From Ostrea edulis (lineage: Eukaryota), in contig NC_079167.1 of NCBI RefSeq assembly GCF_947568905.1, positions 67,890,001 to 67,954,000 on the forward strand: a stretch of DNA of 64,000 nucleotides, in the 5' to 3' direction. The position numbers and the translations under genes were made by a program. The stretch's first letter is position 1, and every line of letters starts with the position of its first letter. The notes below the pieces were generated by a model. That model was given only the letters and a program-made list of their open reading frames with translations, searched no databases and had not been told where the DNA came from. Shown in pieces: positions 10,730 through 23,633 of this stretch.

Positions 10730-12600
10730 CCCCCTCTACGATCTTTCTCCGTCAGCTCTCTCCAAGATAGCATTGGCCGACTAACTCTACGTCTCACAGG
10801 AACTTGTATGTTTAGAGCGCACTTGACTGCACTGCTGGATCTGACAACGTGGCCAGCGGAGTCTCCTTTCCCTTAAGATGAGGTCGAGGTCGTCGATGCC
10901 AAGCCGCCCCAGCGATTCAGTTGAACCCACAGTGGCCATATCTTCAGGCTTGATGTTACAGATCTGTCTTATCATGGCCCTGTCATTGCGTAGTAGGCGA
11001 TGAAGATTTGGCTTGGTCAGTGCCCAGGTCTCGCTGGCATGGAGCATATCGCTCCGTACGCAGGTGTTATACACTCGACCACGGGTCTTATAAGACAGGT
11101 GGCGTGATGTCAGGACTGGTAGCAGCTCCCTGATCTTTTTCCAAGCAGTCTTCACACGCGTAGTGGCTGCAAGGTCACAGCCACCAGCTGCGGAAAGCAT
11201 GTCTCCGAGGTAGCAGAAGGAGCCTACAACCTCCAACTTGTCCAGACCAACTTGGATATCACTCTGCGGCCTGCCGTCAAGAGGGCGAGCAATTCCCATG
11301 CATCTTGAATATCTGAAGTCAGGGTCCAAAGACAGGCATATGAGCCCACTGCATTTCTTGTGCACCCAATGCTTGCAGCCATTACAGAAAATACTATTGC
11401 TGCCTACACCTGTACGACATACAACATATGGGAAGCCGCCCGGGTTTTGCCCGCATTCACTCTCAGTCCTTTCCTTCCCATAGCTTCTTTCCAAGTCAGA
11501 AGCCTCTTGACACATTCATCCAACGAGTCAGTAATGATAACCAGGTCATCTGCATACAGATTCTCCCAGGGAACACCGGTGCGAAATTCGCGTGAAAGAG
11601 CCTCGAGTACGATGATGAAAAGCATAGGGCTGAGTACTGACCCCTGATGGACTCCGACCTTCACAGCAAACCCCTCACTGTAGCCATCACCAACGCGAAC
11701 ACAGCTACGGGCATTGGCATACATCCCCTGCACCAGACGCACAATCCACTCTTCCACACCAAGTTTTCGCAGTGCCCACCAGATCACCTTCCGAGGGACA
11801 CGGTCAAATGCCTCTTCGAGGTCCACGAACGCCATATAGAGCCGTTTGTTTACTGCAAGATATTTTTCCTGCACCTGCCGAACAACAAATATTGCGTCAG
11901 TTGTACCTCTGCCACGGGCGAAGCCAAACTGGGAGTCATCGAGTGTCACCAACTGCCTAATAAGGCTGTCCACAATCCTCTCCAGGACTTTCATGACTTG
12001 TTCTGTCAGTTTGAGTCCCCGGCAGTTGCCCCTGTCCAGAGCATCACCCTTGCCCTTGTAGAGGCAGACAATGAAACAAACTCTGCTCCCAGTCAGTGGG
12101 GACATTGCCATCACGGACGATTGAGGATGCATGGATACACCTGTGTCACCTGTGGCTCTGATCATCTCCACTACTATTCCCGATGGTCCAGCTGCTTTAC
12201 CCGACTTCATTTTGGAGATGGCCCTTTTCACCATATCAATTGTGGTTGGGACAGGTGGCCCTTCCACTGTTGATTCATCGGTTAGGTGTTCAGGGTCCCA
12301 TTCAAATTCCACATTTAGGAGCCTTCATAGTGCTCTAACCAAGCTTTCTCCTTTGCTTCTTGGTTCAATGACATCTCACCTGCATAATTCTTTATTGGTT
12401 TGTCGCCCACAACATCAACATTCTCCCTTCGCATCTGGTTTGCAAGGCGGTACACCTCTGAAGACCTGGTATCTACGTTTTCGTATATCTGCTTTTCTGC
12501 CTCATAGCGAGCATGATGAACTGCTTGTCTAGATATACGCTTGGTCGCGTCATACTCTGCTCTTGTGCCATTTCTTTCGGACTTTCAGACCTTGTAAGCT
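10730..12600 (-). mobile_element. 5'-truncated, frameshifted RTE-clade non-LTR retrotransposon (reverse transcriptase)
   Basis: ORFs 11404-12312 and 10787-11515 give RT motifs KAAGPSGI, QFGF, FVDLEEAFDRV, GVHQGSVLSP, LYADD, VNAGKT, then LRERRLRW and (frameshifted) GHV..R..RPMLSW; no endonuclease region present; clearly more GC-rich than the flanks. Confidence 0.95.
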
Positions 12601-13479
12601 AACTTTGTAAGCTAATAATATATATTCCGTAAAATCTTTACTCCTGCCATTAAGCAGGAAAACTGATTGCATGATTATTTATAACGAGCCCTCTTGAAAA
12701 CTAAAGATTCATTTGCCTTTTTGGAACTCGAGTTCAGGGAGGGGGGGGGGGGTTTACTGCCCAATGCTATTAAATCATAAAATCGTGGCAGCATTGGTCG
12801 AAAACACATATGTGAGAATTAAAAAGTGATTGTAGGGAATATAGAGTCACAGAGATAGTAATTGCAATCCCCCCCCCCCCCCCCCGCCCTGTTGGACTTG
12901 CTTTATACATCACCCACACAGGTCTGCCCTGAAACGGGTGTAGGAACCGCTCTGCTCTTGATTGTTAAATTCGCCAATCAAGGACCCTCAAAAGGCATAT
13001 ATAAATTTAACTGTATGGTCTATTTTAAATATATGGACATTATGATACAAAATATGTTATGTACAAGTTTCCACATTGGTCTAACCATGTGCACAATAAT
13101 GCAGCAGATGTAATATGGGGGGGAAATTGTAACATAAATATGATATATGTATGTAGTATCTTTTTTTAAAATGCTGGCATGACAACGGGGAGGGTGCCCG
13201 CGCGCACCCAATCAGACTGACGGTCCTCTAGGGTATAGAGATACCCCGTAGTTCATTTAGATTCGATGTACAAGTAAAGGGGACGACAAAAAAAGCTGTG
13301 TTTAAATGACTGTCGAGATTAACCGATGATATTTTACAGTCCCGTTTTCAGAATCATTTTACTGACTTGTACGAGTACATCTTCATTGACCACGAGTCAA
13401 CTGCATTTTATTATACTGTTCGTGTCATGGAAATTCTTACAAGATTATTTATCAATCCGTGTAAACCCTTCTTTCATCC

Positions 13480-13690
13480 TTAGTATGAATACATGAGAGT
13501 GAAAAAAATGTTTTTCATCATCAAGTCTACTCGTATCAAATCCGATACAGCTTCATTGTGTTTTTTGTCGAGGAATGGCTTGGTATCGACCTCTTTCTTA
13601 CAAAGTCTATCAGCCGATAAGCGAAATCGTGTTAAACTTCTCCTCAGCTTAAAATTTAATTTCAGATATGCCAAAACTAATTAAACGATC
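13480..13690 (-). mobile_element. Decayed 3' fragment of a LINE (CR1/L2-like C-terminal zinc-finger region)
   Basis: LKLNFKLRRSLTRFRLSADRL matches the LxxFRLSxHxL motif that precedes the C-terminal CCHC finger of such LINEs; the downstream Cys residues have decayed. Confidence 0.45.
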
Positions 13691-14377
13691 AGAGAGAAAA
13701 AAACACATCCAAAAATTATTTACATTTTTTGTCTAAAACACCCAAGACTGTCCCCGGGAAGTTACATTTGTCAGAATGCGAAGCAACTTTGTGAATTCCA
13801 TTTCTAAATACAATATCTAAGTAAACAATCCTTAAATGGACTTTTGAATTTTTAATACGTACTTTAACATAAGTCATAACGAACACTATCGACTTTGGTG
13901 ATCAGAAAATTGGTGGAACCATACGGGGGGGGGGGGGGGGGGGGGGGTCATGTCATATATAGTGATTTGGATTTACAATATGCATCATATAAAAGTAGGA
14001 AATATTTCAAATCTACACCACATACTTAGTATTGATTTTAAAATATTGAATCAGAAAAACAGCAAATTGCTGCACTATTAATCACCGGTATTGATTTTGC
14101 CAAATTTTAGATGACATTTATCTCAACATAGGTTATCGTACCTATTGTGCACCACCTCCCCCCATCACTGAAATTCTATCAATATTTTGAAAGATGTCAT
14201 AAAAAGGCTGAGCTCAAAAATACCCATTTCAGGCCATCAAATTTGATCTTTGAAATTCAACGATTTCCACGTTGAATACTTGTCATAAACAATAGTTCAG
14301 ATAATATTTTTCCAAAATAGCGTATAAAAATATTGCAATGGATCCACATGGAGTGGTCTCCAGAAAGAAAAGTTGGC

Positions 14378-14512
14378 GACTAGTAGCCAGCTACTTGAAC
14401 CAGGAAAAGTAGCTACTAGTAGCCAGCTACTAAAAGTAAGAAACGTTAGCTACTCGTAGCCAGCTACTACAAAATATAAAAGTTATAATTACTGATAGCC
14501 AGCTACTAGATG
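14378..14512. repeat. Array of palindromic AGTAGC-CA-GCTACT motifs, probable DNA-transposon subterminal repeats
   Basis: TAGCCAGCTACT recurs 4 times at about 37-39 nt spacing with A-rich spacers. Confidence 0.65.
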
Positions 14513-14719
14513 AAGGTTACAGAGTTTGAAAATTATTATCTACTAGTATCAGGTTTATTTCTAAAGATGACGAGGAGTCGTATGAAATTTCATGCTCAAT
14601 TTCCCCCAATTACATAACGTTGCAATGCAAAATACGAATAAACTTTTCCAGCTGAGTGTTTACTTTGAAAATGATTCGGATTGAATTCAGACCTTCATTC
14701 ATTTGATATTCCATCCATT

Positions 14720-15424
14720 TTGAGATATCAGCTACTTTCACAATTTGATTCGAGTTACCCTGAAATTTCAACATTTGTGTGAATACCGTAAGGAACTTTG
14801 TGTTTGTGTAAGATATCTGACGAATTTACGATTATACATATGACAAGAAGTGATAAAGGGTGTCTTGATACGTCACCAATTTCCAGATATCTCTCTTAAG
14901 GAAATCGGCCACTTATACATTTTGATTTGCGATACAATGAAATTTAAAGATCTGTGTGAATACCTTAAGGAACTCTGTGTTTATATTATATCATTTAACT
15001 AACTTACAACGATACGTATGGCGAGTAGTGATATTGGGTATCTTAATATACCATCGATTGTCAGATATCACGCTGAAGGAAGTCAGGTACCTTTTGATTG
15101 CATGTAACCTGAATTTTCTAGGTTTTTTGTAAATATCTGAAGTTTGTATTAGATATCTGACTAATTGACAACTATTCACGTGAAGAGGAGTGATATCAGG
15201 TATCTTGATGTACCACTGATATTTAGATATCACTCTTAAGAAAGTCAGCTACTTATATACCTTTTGATTCCAGGTAGCCTGAAATTTCAGGATTTTCGCA
15301 AATATCGTAAGGAACTCTGTGTTTGTAGTAGATACCCGACTAATTTACCATTGCACATATGACGAGGAGTGATATTAGGTATCTTGATATGCCATCAATT
15401 TTCAGATATCACCGTAAAGGAAGT
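14720..15424. repeat. Degenerate satellite-like array, unit about 170-180 bp, about 4 copies
   Basis: AAGGAACT(C/T)TGTGTTT, GGAGTGATAT..GGTATCTTGAT and CAGATATCAC recur with 170-180 nt periodicity. Confidence 0.8.
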
Positions 15425-15521
15425 CAAGTGCTGATCACACTCGCCGTTGCTTAACTTGCGTGATGAAGAGAGTCTCTACAACATCACTAGAAAGGCTAGT
15501 CCTCTTACACTGTCCACTACA
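15425..15521 (-). mobile_element. Partial LTR-like unit containing a 5S rRNA-derived segment (second copy of 51577-51715)
   Basis: Minus strand TGTAGTGGACAG...TCACGCAAGTTAAGCAACGGCGAGTGTGATCAGCACTTG aligns with the 51577 copy and with the 5S box A/IE region. Confidence 0.7.
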
Positions 15522-15829
15522 CTCATTTGTTAATGATGATTAAAATATATAAAGCTGAATACAACCACTCTATGAAAGCATAACGCATGAGACAACCATT
15601 CCTAATACAATGACAATATTAGCAATGATGCATGTTTTTAATGTCTTTTGTGATGCAATCTGACGTTTTCGTTATGTTTTTCATATTTGAATATTGAACT
15701 TCATTTCAAGATATACGACGCAAACTATATAATTGTTCCAAAGGGGAGAACATTTTCAATAGGATGTAAACCACAGGGGCTAAACTCGTTGTGTTATTAA
15801 CACAAAAATGACCTACATGTAATTTATGA

Positions 15830-16152
15830 TATAGCCAAACTCCAAGGCTACGGTGTCAACAATTTTGGAACCTAAAGAAAGGTATTATCAAAAGGAATGT
15901 ACATGGGAAATATGAAAGCCCTGCCACCAACCATTCAAAAGTTATGGTTAAAGTTAAAGTTTTTCAAAAGTAGGTAATATCCCAAGGTCATGACGTCAAA
16001 ACTTTAGCTACCTAAAGAAAGGCCTTGACATAAGGAATATACACGTGAAATATGAAAGCATTCAAAAGTTATGACCAAGGTTAAAAGTTTGCGGACAGAT
16101 ATCCGGACAGACCAAAAATCACATACCCCTGAATGATTCCGGAGGCATAAAA
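15830..16152 (-). mobile_element. HINE/Helentron-like element remnant, same family as 55616-56155
   Basis: Shared ~140-bp internal repeat (ATATGAAAGC..TTCAAAAGTTATG..AAGGTTAAAG), GGACAG microsatellite and GGCATAAAAA terminus. Confidence 0.6.
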
Positions 16153-17514
16153 ACAGATGGACCCTTGCTCATAAAAGTAAACAGTTAGTCACCTATTGTA
16201 AGAAAGGGGAGGGAACTAGTTTTACAGTATAAAAGTATTTAATTGTGTCCTTGATCTTTCACTATTTGATCTCAAAATCAGTAGAGGTCTTTTTATGTTA
16301 TAGAGATTTATCACAATGTGTGTCATTGCACAAGCTTGGAGAAAACTAAAGTCATCATCTGGGAACCATTTTTGAATTTACAATTTTTTGACCTAAAAAT
16401 CAATAAAAGTCTTCTTCAAGTCATAGGACATGATCATAAGAATGATCTTATTTTTATGGGATATTGGCTAATTTCCTATAGAGATGCAGTTGTGAAATTG
16501 TATGGTACAGGTACGTTGCCATGGCAACAATTGAGAATTTTTGTCTAATATTATAAATAGATTAAAAACAGTTGGGGGGGGGGGTTCAATCTCAATCTTA
16601 TACTAAATGTTTGGCCTATTTCGATTTCGTCATACATCACCCCCTGCCTGACTATTAGAAGTATACTTAATGCATGCCATAAAAATTAATTCGTTATTGT
16701 TTTTGTGTGTGTAGCTTTTACATGTGTAGATGATTCGTTATCTTTGTTTGATGGCTATATTCAATAAATGTTATATATGTAGGATTCCGTTAAAGATGTA
16801 GGATTGTTTGAATTGATTTTAAGCATCCGGGGAGTCCATGTATGTATAGTTTAATTATTGAATATCGAAACAGTAAATGTTAGAAGTGTGTACAAAAAAT
16901 ATAAATGTTAAATTACGTTGCCTCTTACGCATGCATAGAATATAGGAAAAAACAGAGATTCTTTACATACAATTCCATATACACTTGCTGGGGTAGTGCT
17001 TCCTCCTATTGCGTGAGACCTTAAAAGCATTAAAGACTCGATACAGTTACGGATGCGAAGACAATGAACTTAACCTATTAATTTCAATTCAGCAACCAAT
17101 CAATTTTGATTCAGCAATTACTTTTTCTATCCACCATTTCTTTAGTGGCACTGGAAGCTAGGTAGGTTTATTTTATATGATAAACATTCCAGGATCACCG
17201 TGAACTCTCTAAACCATCACAATAGCTGATACGGCGTCTGATCTCCTTCCCACAATTCCGTTCGTGAACTCCCAAGTAGTCTGGTTCTCTTCCCACAATT
17301 CCGTTTGCACACTCTCTACTGAAAGAAGAGAGTGCGCAAACTCTCATGTTGGTGTATACAAGTGATAGGATATCGATTAATTTTCATAATCGATCATTGG
17401 TTGGACTCGGTTGCTGCTTCCGATGCGATTTTACGGATTATAATAGGAAGACATGGTTTTATTTTTAAAGGCATATGACGTACAAAGTATTTCGTGTTTG
17501 TTCGGTTGGTTCCT

Positions 17515-17732
17515 GTTGTTCGTCGTCTGTCTCCGTTTGTCAACTTTTTAATTTTCACATTTTTGACTTCTTCTCTAGAACCACTGGGTTAATTTCAACC
17601 AAATTGGGCAAAAAAAAAAGCATTTTGGGGTGAAGGATGGGGCTACAATAGGAATCAAAATTTTACATGCGAATATATAGGGGAAGGCTAATGTGACTCA
17701 GGTGAGCGATGTGGCCTATGGGCCTCTTGTTT
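17515..17732 (+). mobile_element. Internally deleted HINE
   Basis: GTCTGTC microsatellite, fragment of the 166-bp unit, and canonical 3' end GTGACTCAGGTGAGCGATGTGGCCTATGGGCCTCTTGTTT. Confidence 0.75.
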
Positions 17733-17929
17733 ACTTACATGTGTATATCTATAGATTTGCATATGAATATAATTCTGTATAAAGTTATGTTTGTTCAAGA
17801 GTTCATTGCAATCTTTGTGCTTTATATGAAATATTTCAAATGCAATGTGCATCTAAATTATGTCATACTCGTATCCATTCTCAATGACCATGTAGCAAGA
17901 GACAGCATGGCAAGAATCCCATCGTCATC

Positions 17930-18035
17930 GAAAGCAAGTTTTAATGGTCGAGTGGTCTAAAGCACTAGTCGCACGCTGTTATAAGAGATTTTATTCCGCA
18001 GGTTATACGTTCAAACCCGGAGAGGGGCAGAAGTG
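17930..18035 (+). mobile_element. tRNA-derived SINE head remnant
   Basis: A-box-like TGGTCGAGTGGTCTAAAGC and B-box-like GTTCAAACC. Confidence 0.4.
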
Positions 18036-18339
18036 GCTAGACAAATATAGTGAATTTTCTGTGCTTTATATTAAACATTTCTTCATTTAGGGCAGTTATG
18101 TTTGGTAAGGAGTTCATATTGCAATCTCTGTGCTTTGTAGAAGTGGAAACGGGCCAATTCTTGAATGCATTCTATGAGAAGTGTATATACATCCGACAAT
18201 CGATTATGGAAAAAAAATAATTGATCATCAAAATCGGTAGCTTTTTCCGTCAACAATTCATGTTTTCTGATTATCGGTACAACACTAGTAGTCTGGATGT
18301 TTTCTATTAGTAGTCTGGATGTTTTCTATGGAAAACAAT

Positions 18340-18815
18340 TCCCCGTTAAATGTAGTCAAAAAGGTGAAGATAACGAACAGTGATCAATCTTATAACTTCT
18401 ACGGGCAATACAAAATAGAGAGTTGGGCAAACACGGACCCCTGGATACAGTGGAATTATTAGAATTCGTGGTGGCTCAATTTTCGTGGAATTCGTGGGTA
18501 TCCCTCATCCACGAATTTACATCCTCAACGAATAAAGAATCATAATTACATTCCAGAGTGATCTTTCTTACAAATATATAAATCCACGAAATTACGTCTC
18601 CACGAACCCGTAAACATTCAGCAATCCACGAAAATTGGCCCCCACGAATTTAAATGATTCTACAGTATACCAGAGGTAGGATTAAGTGCCTAGGAAGTGT
18701 AAGCATCCCCTGTCGACCGGTCACACCCGCTGTGAGCCCTACATCTCGATCAGGTAAACGGAGTAATCGCAGTCAAAATTAGTGTGTAAAGAACGGCCTA
18801 ACAATTGGGTTCTTG
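18340..18815 (-). mobile_element. Interspersed repeat recalled as the 3' end of an oyster Penelope-like element, interrupted by a MITE
   Basis: AAGGTGAAGATAACGAACAGTGATCAATC...CACGGACCCCTGGATA and TACCAGAGGT..ATCCCCTGTCGACCGGTCACACCCG join once 18448-18667 is removed; family name is from memory only. Confidence 0.45.
18448..18665. mobile_element. Tc1/mariner-type MITE with TA target duplication
   Basis: Imperfect ~24-bp TIRs (CAGTGGAATTATTAGAATTCGTGG / CCACGAATTTAAATGATTCTACAG), TA at 18446-47 and 18666-67, internal CCACGAA repeats. Confidence 0.8.
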
Positions 18816-20122
18816 TTGGATTGCATAACTGTTATGCAACTTGGGATGATCCTGGTTTTAAATACAATATTTTTGAGTTCACAATTTTTATCAGGCACTA
18901 TGACAAAGACCTTTTCATTCATTAACATTAATGTTCTTAATTTTTTGTTTACTAGATCTGCGCCAGTTTAAGGAGGACTTTTTATTCTTTAGAAAGCGTC
19001 TAAATGTACACAAACGTCCGGATGATCGAGACTAACTCTCTTGTACCAATCGGAACATCCTTGGACCTTTTCTCGTCAAGTCGAGAAAATGTCACCATAA
19101 TGCATATTACTCTGGATCACATGGCAAGAAAATTGGCGTCGTCCGTGAGTGAGGCTTACATCCTAGGATTTTTTCTCGACTCGAGACGGAAAAGACCGGG
19201 CGATGTTCCGATTGTCTCAAGTACATTAGCGCGTTACGCAAGTTTAAAGCTTGTGTGAGGTGCCCTCTGGTGAGAAAATGCATACGTTGTGTGCCAGGAA
19301 AAAGCTCCCGGATTTGATAGAGCTTGAAATATGTCTCCTATGTAGTCATTTTTGATAATTTGGTCATTTAAAAAAAAAAACATATCTTAGCAATTTGCGC
19401 TGATTCTAGAATGATTCTATACAAAAATTTCGATGACTGAATGCATGACTCTAATAGCTGCGCATGGTTCAATAATTAAACATTATGTTACAATAGTTAG
19501 ATAAGCAGGGAGGGGTTATGTAATTTGACACCCCCTATTTTACGTAAAAGAGCATCTTGTCCCAGAAGATAGAAAAACTGACACCCCCGTCTATCACGGT
19601 GAAATTCATTTAATGAAACATGATGCGGACAGGGAAAATACCACTGAAAGGCACATCTTCATGAATGTTTTATAACACAGCAGAAAGGTTCTTCCCTAAG
19701 TGGATTATTCATGGGGAAAATTACATAAAAAAGCAGGAGCTATGAGTTAATAGCTGGGGAGACAATTCGTTTATTTATACAGAGGAGGGTAGACTATTGG
19801 TATCGAATGACTATGGGGAAAATGTCATCTGCATTTCCAACTGATTTCTTTGTTCTACCACCCACCCCCCTCTCCGTCTGTCCCTCTCTCCCATGACCCA
19901 GTCTAGATTATTTCCATATTTGTTTTAATTAATTGGATATTGTCATTTACGTTAGTAGTAGAAATGTGTTTAGAGACTGAGATCCCCCTCTCTCTAACAT
20001 GATCTACGCTGAATTATATGCAAATTGTAGTCCTGTTATTTTTATGATTAAAGTTTTATATTCGCGAAATACTAAGACAATCCTGCTGTGACATTTACGT
20101 ATCCTCGTGTGTGAGGTCAGAC

Positions 20123-20322
20123 TGTGTGAGTCCTCACCTCCCGCCGCTGCCCGGGCTATGTGAGTCCTCACCTCCCGCCGCTGCCCGGGTTGTGTGAGTC
20201 CTGACCTCCCTCCGCTGTCCGGGCTGTGTGAGTCCTGACCTCCCTCCGCTGCCCGGGCTGTGTGAGTCCTCACCTCCCGCCGCTGCCCGGGCTGTGTGAG
20301 TCCTCACCTTCCGCCGCTGCCC
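20123..20322. repeat. GC-rich 34-bp minisatellite, about 6 copies
   Basis: TGTGTGAGTCCTCACCTCCCGCCGCTGCCCGGGC units at 20123, 20157, 20191, 20225, 20259 and 20293. Confidence 0.95.
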
Positions 20323-21661
20323 CAGAGGAAATATAACATTGAGGTAGTATGTAGTTTACACAATACATTACACATGTTTCAGGTGAAACCCCTCTGCAAT
20401 GTATACTGGTCCCTACCTCTTCTCGGTCCCTCCCCATCTCTTCTCTCCCTCCCCTTTACTTGTCTTACCTATCCTCCACACCCAAGTTAAACTCACGCCT
20501 CTTGGTGCTTTTGACAAGAAATCCCCAAGTATTCGAATTTCTTTCCTGAAGTTAACCTCACATATAAATATGAGGATAAAATTGCTGCAAGATGCTTCTA
20601 TAAATGCAAATGTTTCCCCAGTAGTTTTAAAATCAGCGTGGACTTTGATACCTTGGGACTAAATGGTTGATGCAGTAATGAAAATCATCGTTCAATACGA
20701 CAAAACGCCGCATATTCTTCATCTTCTCGCGTTCCCTCGGCTCCCCGTTCTCATTCATCAAGTTTATTGAAAGATTGATATTTCACGCCGGACTCCGCAA
20801 AAATTTGGCGACCTTATCAGTCATAGCTCTCCGTTTTTCTTTTCCGAGAAAGCTAACCAAGGGTCGTATTGACTATCAAACTATCATTAGGGTCCCCCCT
20901 CTCAATTGGTCGTGTTGCTTTAGTAGCGTTTCCGTTGACAAGAATCAATAGGCTCCGCATCCTTAATGAATAATTCAGGGCATGACTTTTCACATCTGAG
21001 GTAAATTCTTTCCTTTTTGAATGGATTTATTATTTAAAGCGGGTGTCATAACAAGTATGTATCAAAATTTTAAGAATGGGTTACAGCATAGTGCGCAATG
21101 CATGGTGATACGTGTTCGATTCGCATTAAAAGGGTTAAGATTTGATATGGAACAAAAAATGAATGACATATATAATCTGGATCTAAATTAATAAAACAAA
21201 CAATAGATAAATAAAACCTGGTTATTTCTTCAAAGTTCAAATTACACACGATGATGATGTTCACCCTTCGAATTCGGAGATGGCAACGATCTCAGTTTCA
21301 AATATAAGATCGGAGAGTGTTAATTGCAGACCCGGAACCGGAAGGCACGGCTACACGTGGTATACATGGGTGTGGGTGGTACAGTGCAGGTGGAAGTAGA
21401 TCTAGCCTTGTGCGAGACTCGCATTCCGGAAATGTAAATACTATAGTATATGAAAATATACGAAATCGTTATCTGCTTTAAGATTAAAGTCAGTTTTCTT
21501 CTTCTTATACTTTGTGTTCCTAAGGTGGCTTGTTTTGTGCAATGTCGTCTTTCGGGGCGAAACTTCTTCAAAACGACGAGCCCCGCTCGTGCCATGACCG
21601 CGTCAAACATGGTCATTGCCAAACACTCGACATATAGAAATGAGAACCATGGGTCTCTCTA

Positions 21662-22056
21662 TGGTGTCCGGATAGGGCCATTTGCAAAAGCGTGACTGCG
21701 CGTGAGTCACAACACGCCGTCACGCCAACAAGCAACGCGCCTCTCTTCACGCCGACAAGCAACGCGCCGTCACGCCAACAAGCAACGCGCCTTTACGCTA
21801 ACACAACTTTACACAATTCACCTTCGCGCCGACAAGCTTCGCGCCGCCACGCCAACAATTGCAAGCGAAGCGCGTTGCTTGTCTGCGCGAAAGCAAGTTG
21901 TGTAAAGTTATATTAGCATGACGACGCGTTGCTTGTCGGCGCGAAGGCACATTGCTTGTTGGGGTGAGAGCGCAAAGGCGCGTTGCTTGTTGGCATGACG
22001 GCGTGTTGTGACTAACGTACAGTCGCGCTTTTGCAAATGGCTCTATCCAGACACCA
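21662..22056. mobile_element. MITE with ~80-bp TIRs and TA target duplication
   Basis: TGGTGTCCGGATAGGGCCATTTGCAAAAGCG... / ...CGCTTTTGCAAATGGCTCTATCCAGACACCA flanked by TA; internal CGCCGACAAGCAACGCGCC repeats point inward from both ends. Confidence 0.9.
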
Positions 22057-22065
22057 TATCTACGG

Positions 22066-22222
22066 ATATGACCTTTAAAGCGGAAGTCCTTGCAGGCGTT
22101 GATACGTCAAAGAGCCCTCACTGCTACGGTCCTGAGCGCTAAGTATATAGGTCTAAGTTTGGGTTACTTCACCAGTACAGCTGGTGACGTCTCAATATGA
22201 GTGAAAAACTATCAATGTGGCG
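22066..22222 (+). mobile_element. SINE 3' fragment (further fragments at about 23470-23630 -, 27825-27880 -, 29555-29695 -, 29960-30040 -, 49215-49290 +)
   Basis: Shared tail GGTGACGTCTC..TATGAGTGAAAAA..TC..GTGG.CGTAAAACAAACAA seen in both orientations across the window. Confidence 0.6.
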
Positions 22223-23633
22223 TAAAACAAACAACATATCAATGATGATAGAACAAAAAAAGAATGACAATTTGCGCTTTCCATTCCAAATAACGAAAGG
22301 AAAAAACCACGACAAAATCTAGGTGAAAAGACGACAAATTCAGTCTGTAATTTAGTGACTTAATTTTGTCGTTTTGTTGCCCCCCCCCCCCCCTCCCCTT
22401 TGCTGGTTGCTCTCCTGAATTGTATCGATTTTTTTTGTTCTGTCGTCTTTTTTCATTATGTCGGGCGAATAAAAAACAACCCCAAAAGACTAAAAACAAA
22501 ATCAAAAATAAAGAAACATAAACAAATAAAAAAAAACAAAAACCACTACCCCCCTCCCACAAGAAGAAAAGGTAAAATGTTAATTGTCGATTTGTCGCCT
22601 TTTGATCTGTCGTCCTTTGCCCCGAAACAATATAAAGACGACAACGACACGAACGAACCATCAATTGTTCCACCGATATTTTACCAAATTATTCACACAG
22701 AGAACTCTGATGGCAACTACTGGACTTCGTTAATAGCTGATGACTTACATTAATGATTGTCGTATTATGCAGCTATGGAAATCTGAACTTACAGAACATT
22801 AATAGTTCCAGTTAATTTATCAAGTTGATAGGCATTAATAAAAATCGACGACGTCTGTTCAGTTTATTGATACCATTTATTTTACCATGTCTAAAATCTG
22901 AATAATGTTGAAATTTTACTTATTGACTATAGATTTCAAATGTGGTACCCTCTGCTCGTTACGAGACAACCAGAGTGAAATATAAACTGGATAAATGAGT
23001 AAAATGCTAGTGGTCAGTTTTCGACAGATTTCTCTGATATTTTTTCAAAATTCTTCAGAATCAACATTACCATTTCCACTTGGGTCAAGAACAGGGCACT
23101 GCTGTTATGAAATGAAACATGATTTGTCCTCTCACGAAAACTTGTTATCGAAAGACTTCCGACTGTTTAATTTTCGCTGGTCTTGACAGATTTCTCAGTC
23201 CTGTAATTGTTTTTGTGTGTGAAATTCTATCGACAAGAAACATGGTGATTTAATTTGGCTCTCTCGCTGATGGAAGATAACTTCATTTATACAAACGAGG
23301 AAATCATTAGATAAAACAGCTTAGAAATGTTACAGAAAAGTGTAGTATTCAACGATCTTTCTCAATTTTCAACGTATGTATCTATGTTCTCGGAGTGAGG
23401 ATTCACACAATAAAACAAAGGCAACATTAAGGTTTCACTGCACTTCTAAGACATAGGCACCTCATAAGCCACATATCCGTTCGTTTATTTGCTTTACGTC
23501 CTTTCGAGAGTTTTCCTCTTATAGTCAAGCCATCACCAGTGAAGTGCCACAAATTTTGACTACCGTGACACGTGACCTTGGTTTTCAAGGTCTCGCACAA
23601 AAGACCTCAGACTCGCCACTAAATGCGGATCTA

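Noticed and set aside
11238-12532. Plus-strand ORFs up to 208 aa over the RTE element
   Set aside because: Antisense shadows of GC-rich reverse transcriptase sequence.
14378-14512. CRISPR-like palindromic repeats with variable spacers
   Set aside because: Eukaryotic intron-containing context, no cas genes, repeat only about 14 bp and spacers partly repeat-derived; better explained as transposon subterminal repeats.
18340-18815. Hammerhead ribozyme in the Penelope-like repeat
   Set aside because: No CTGANGA core paired with a GAAA in a foldable arrangement was seen here or at other CTGATGA sites inspected by eye.
19004-19258. CpG-rich 84-aa ORF
   Set aside because: No identifiable motif in any frame; likely a decayed repeat.
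21320-22753. Several 67-144 aa ORFs
   Set aside because: They run through MITE repeats and low-complexity tracts.
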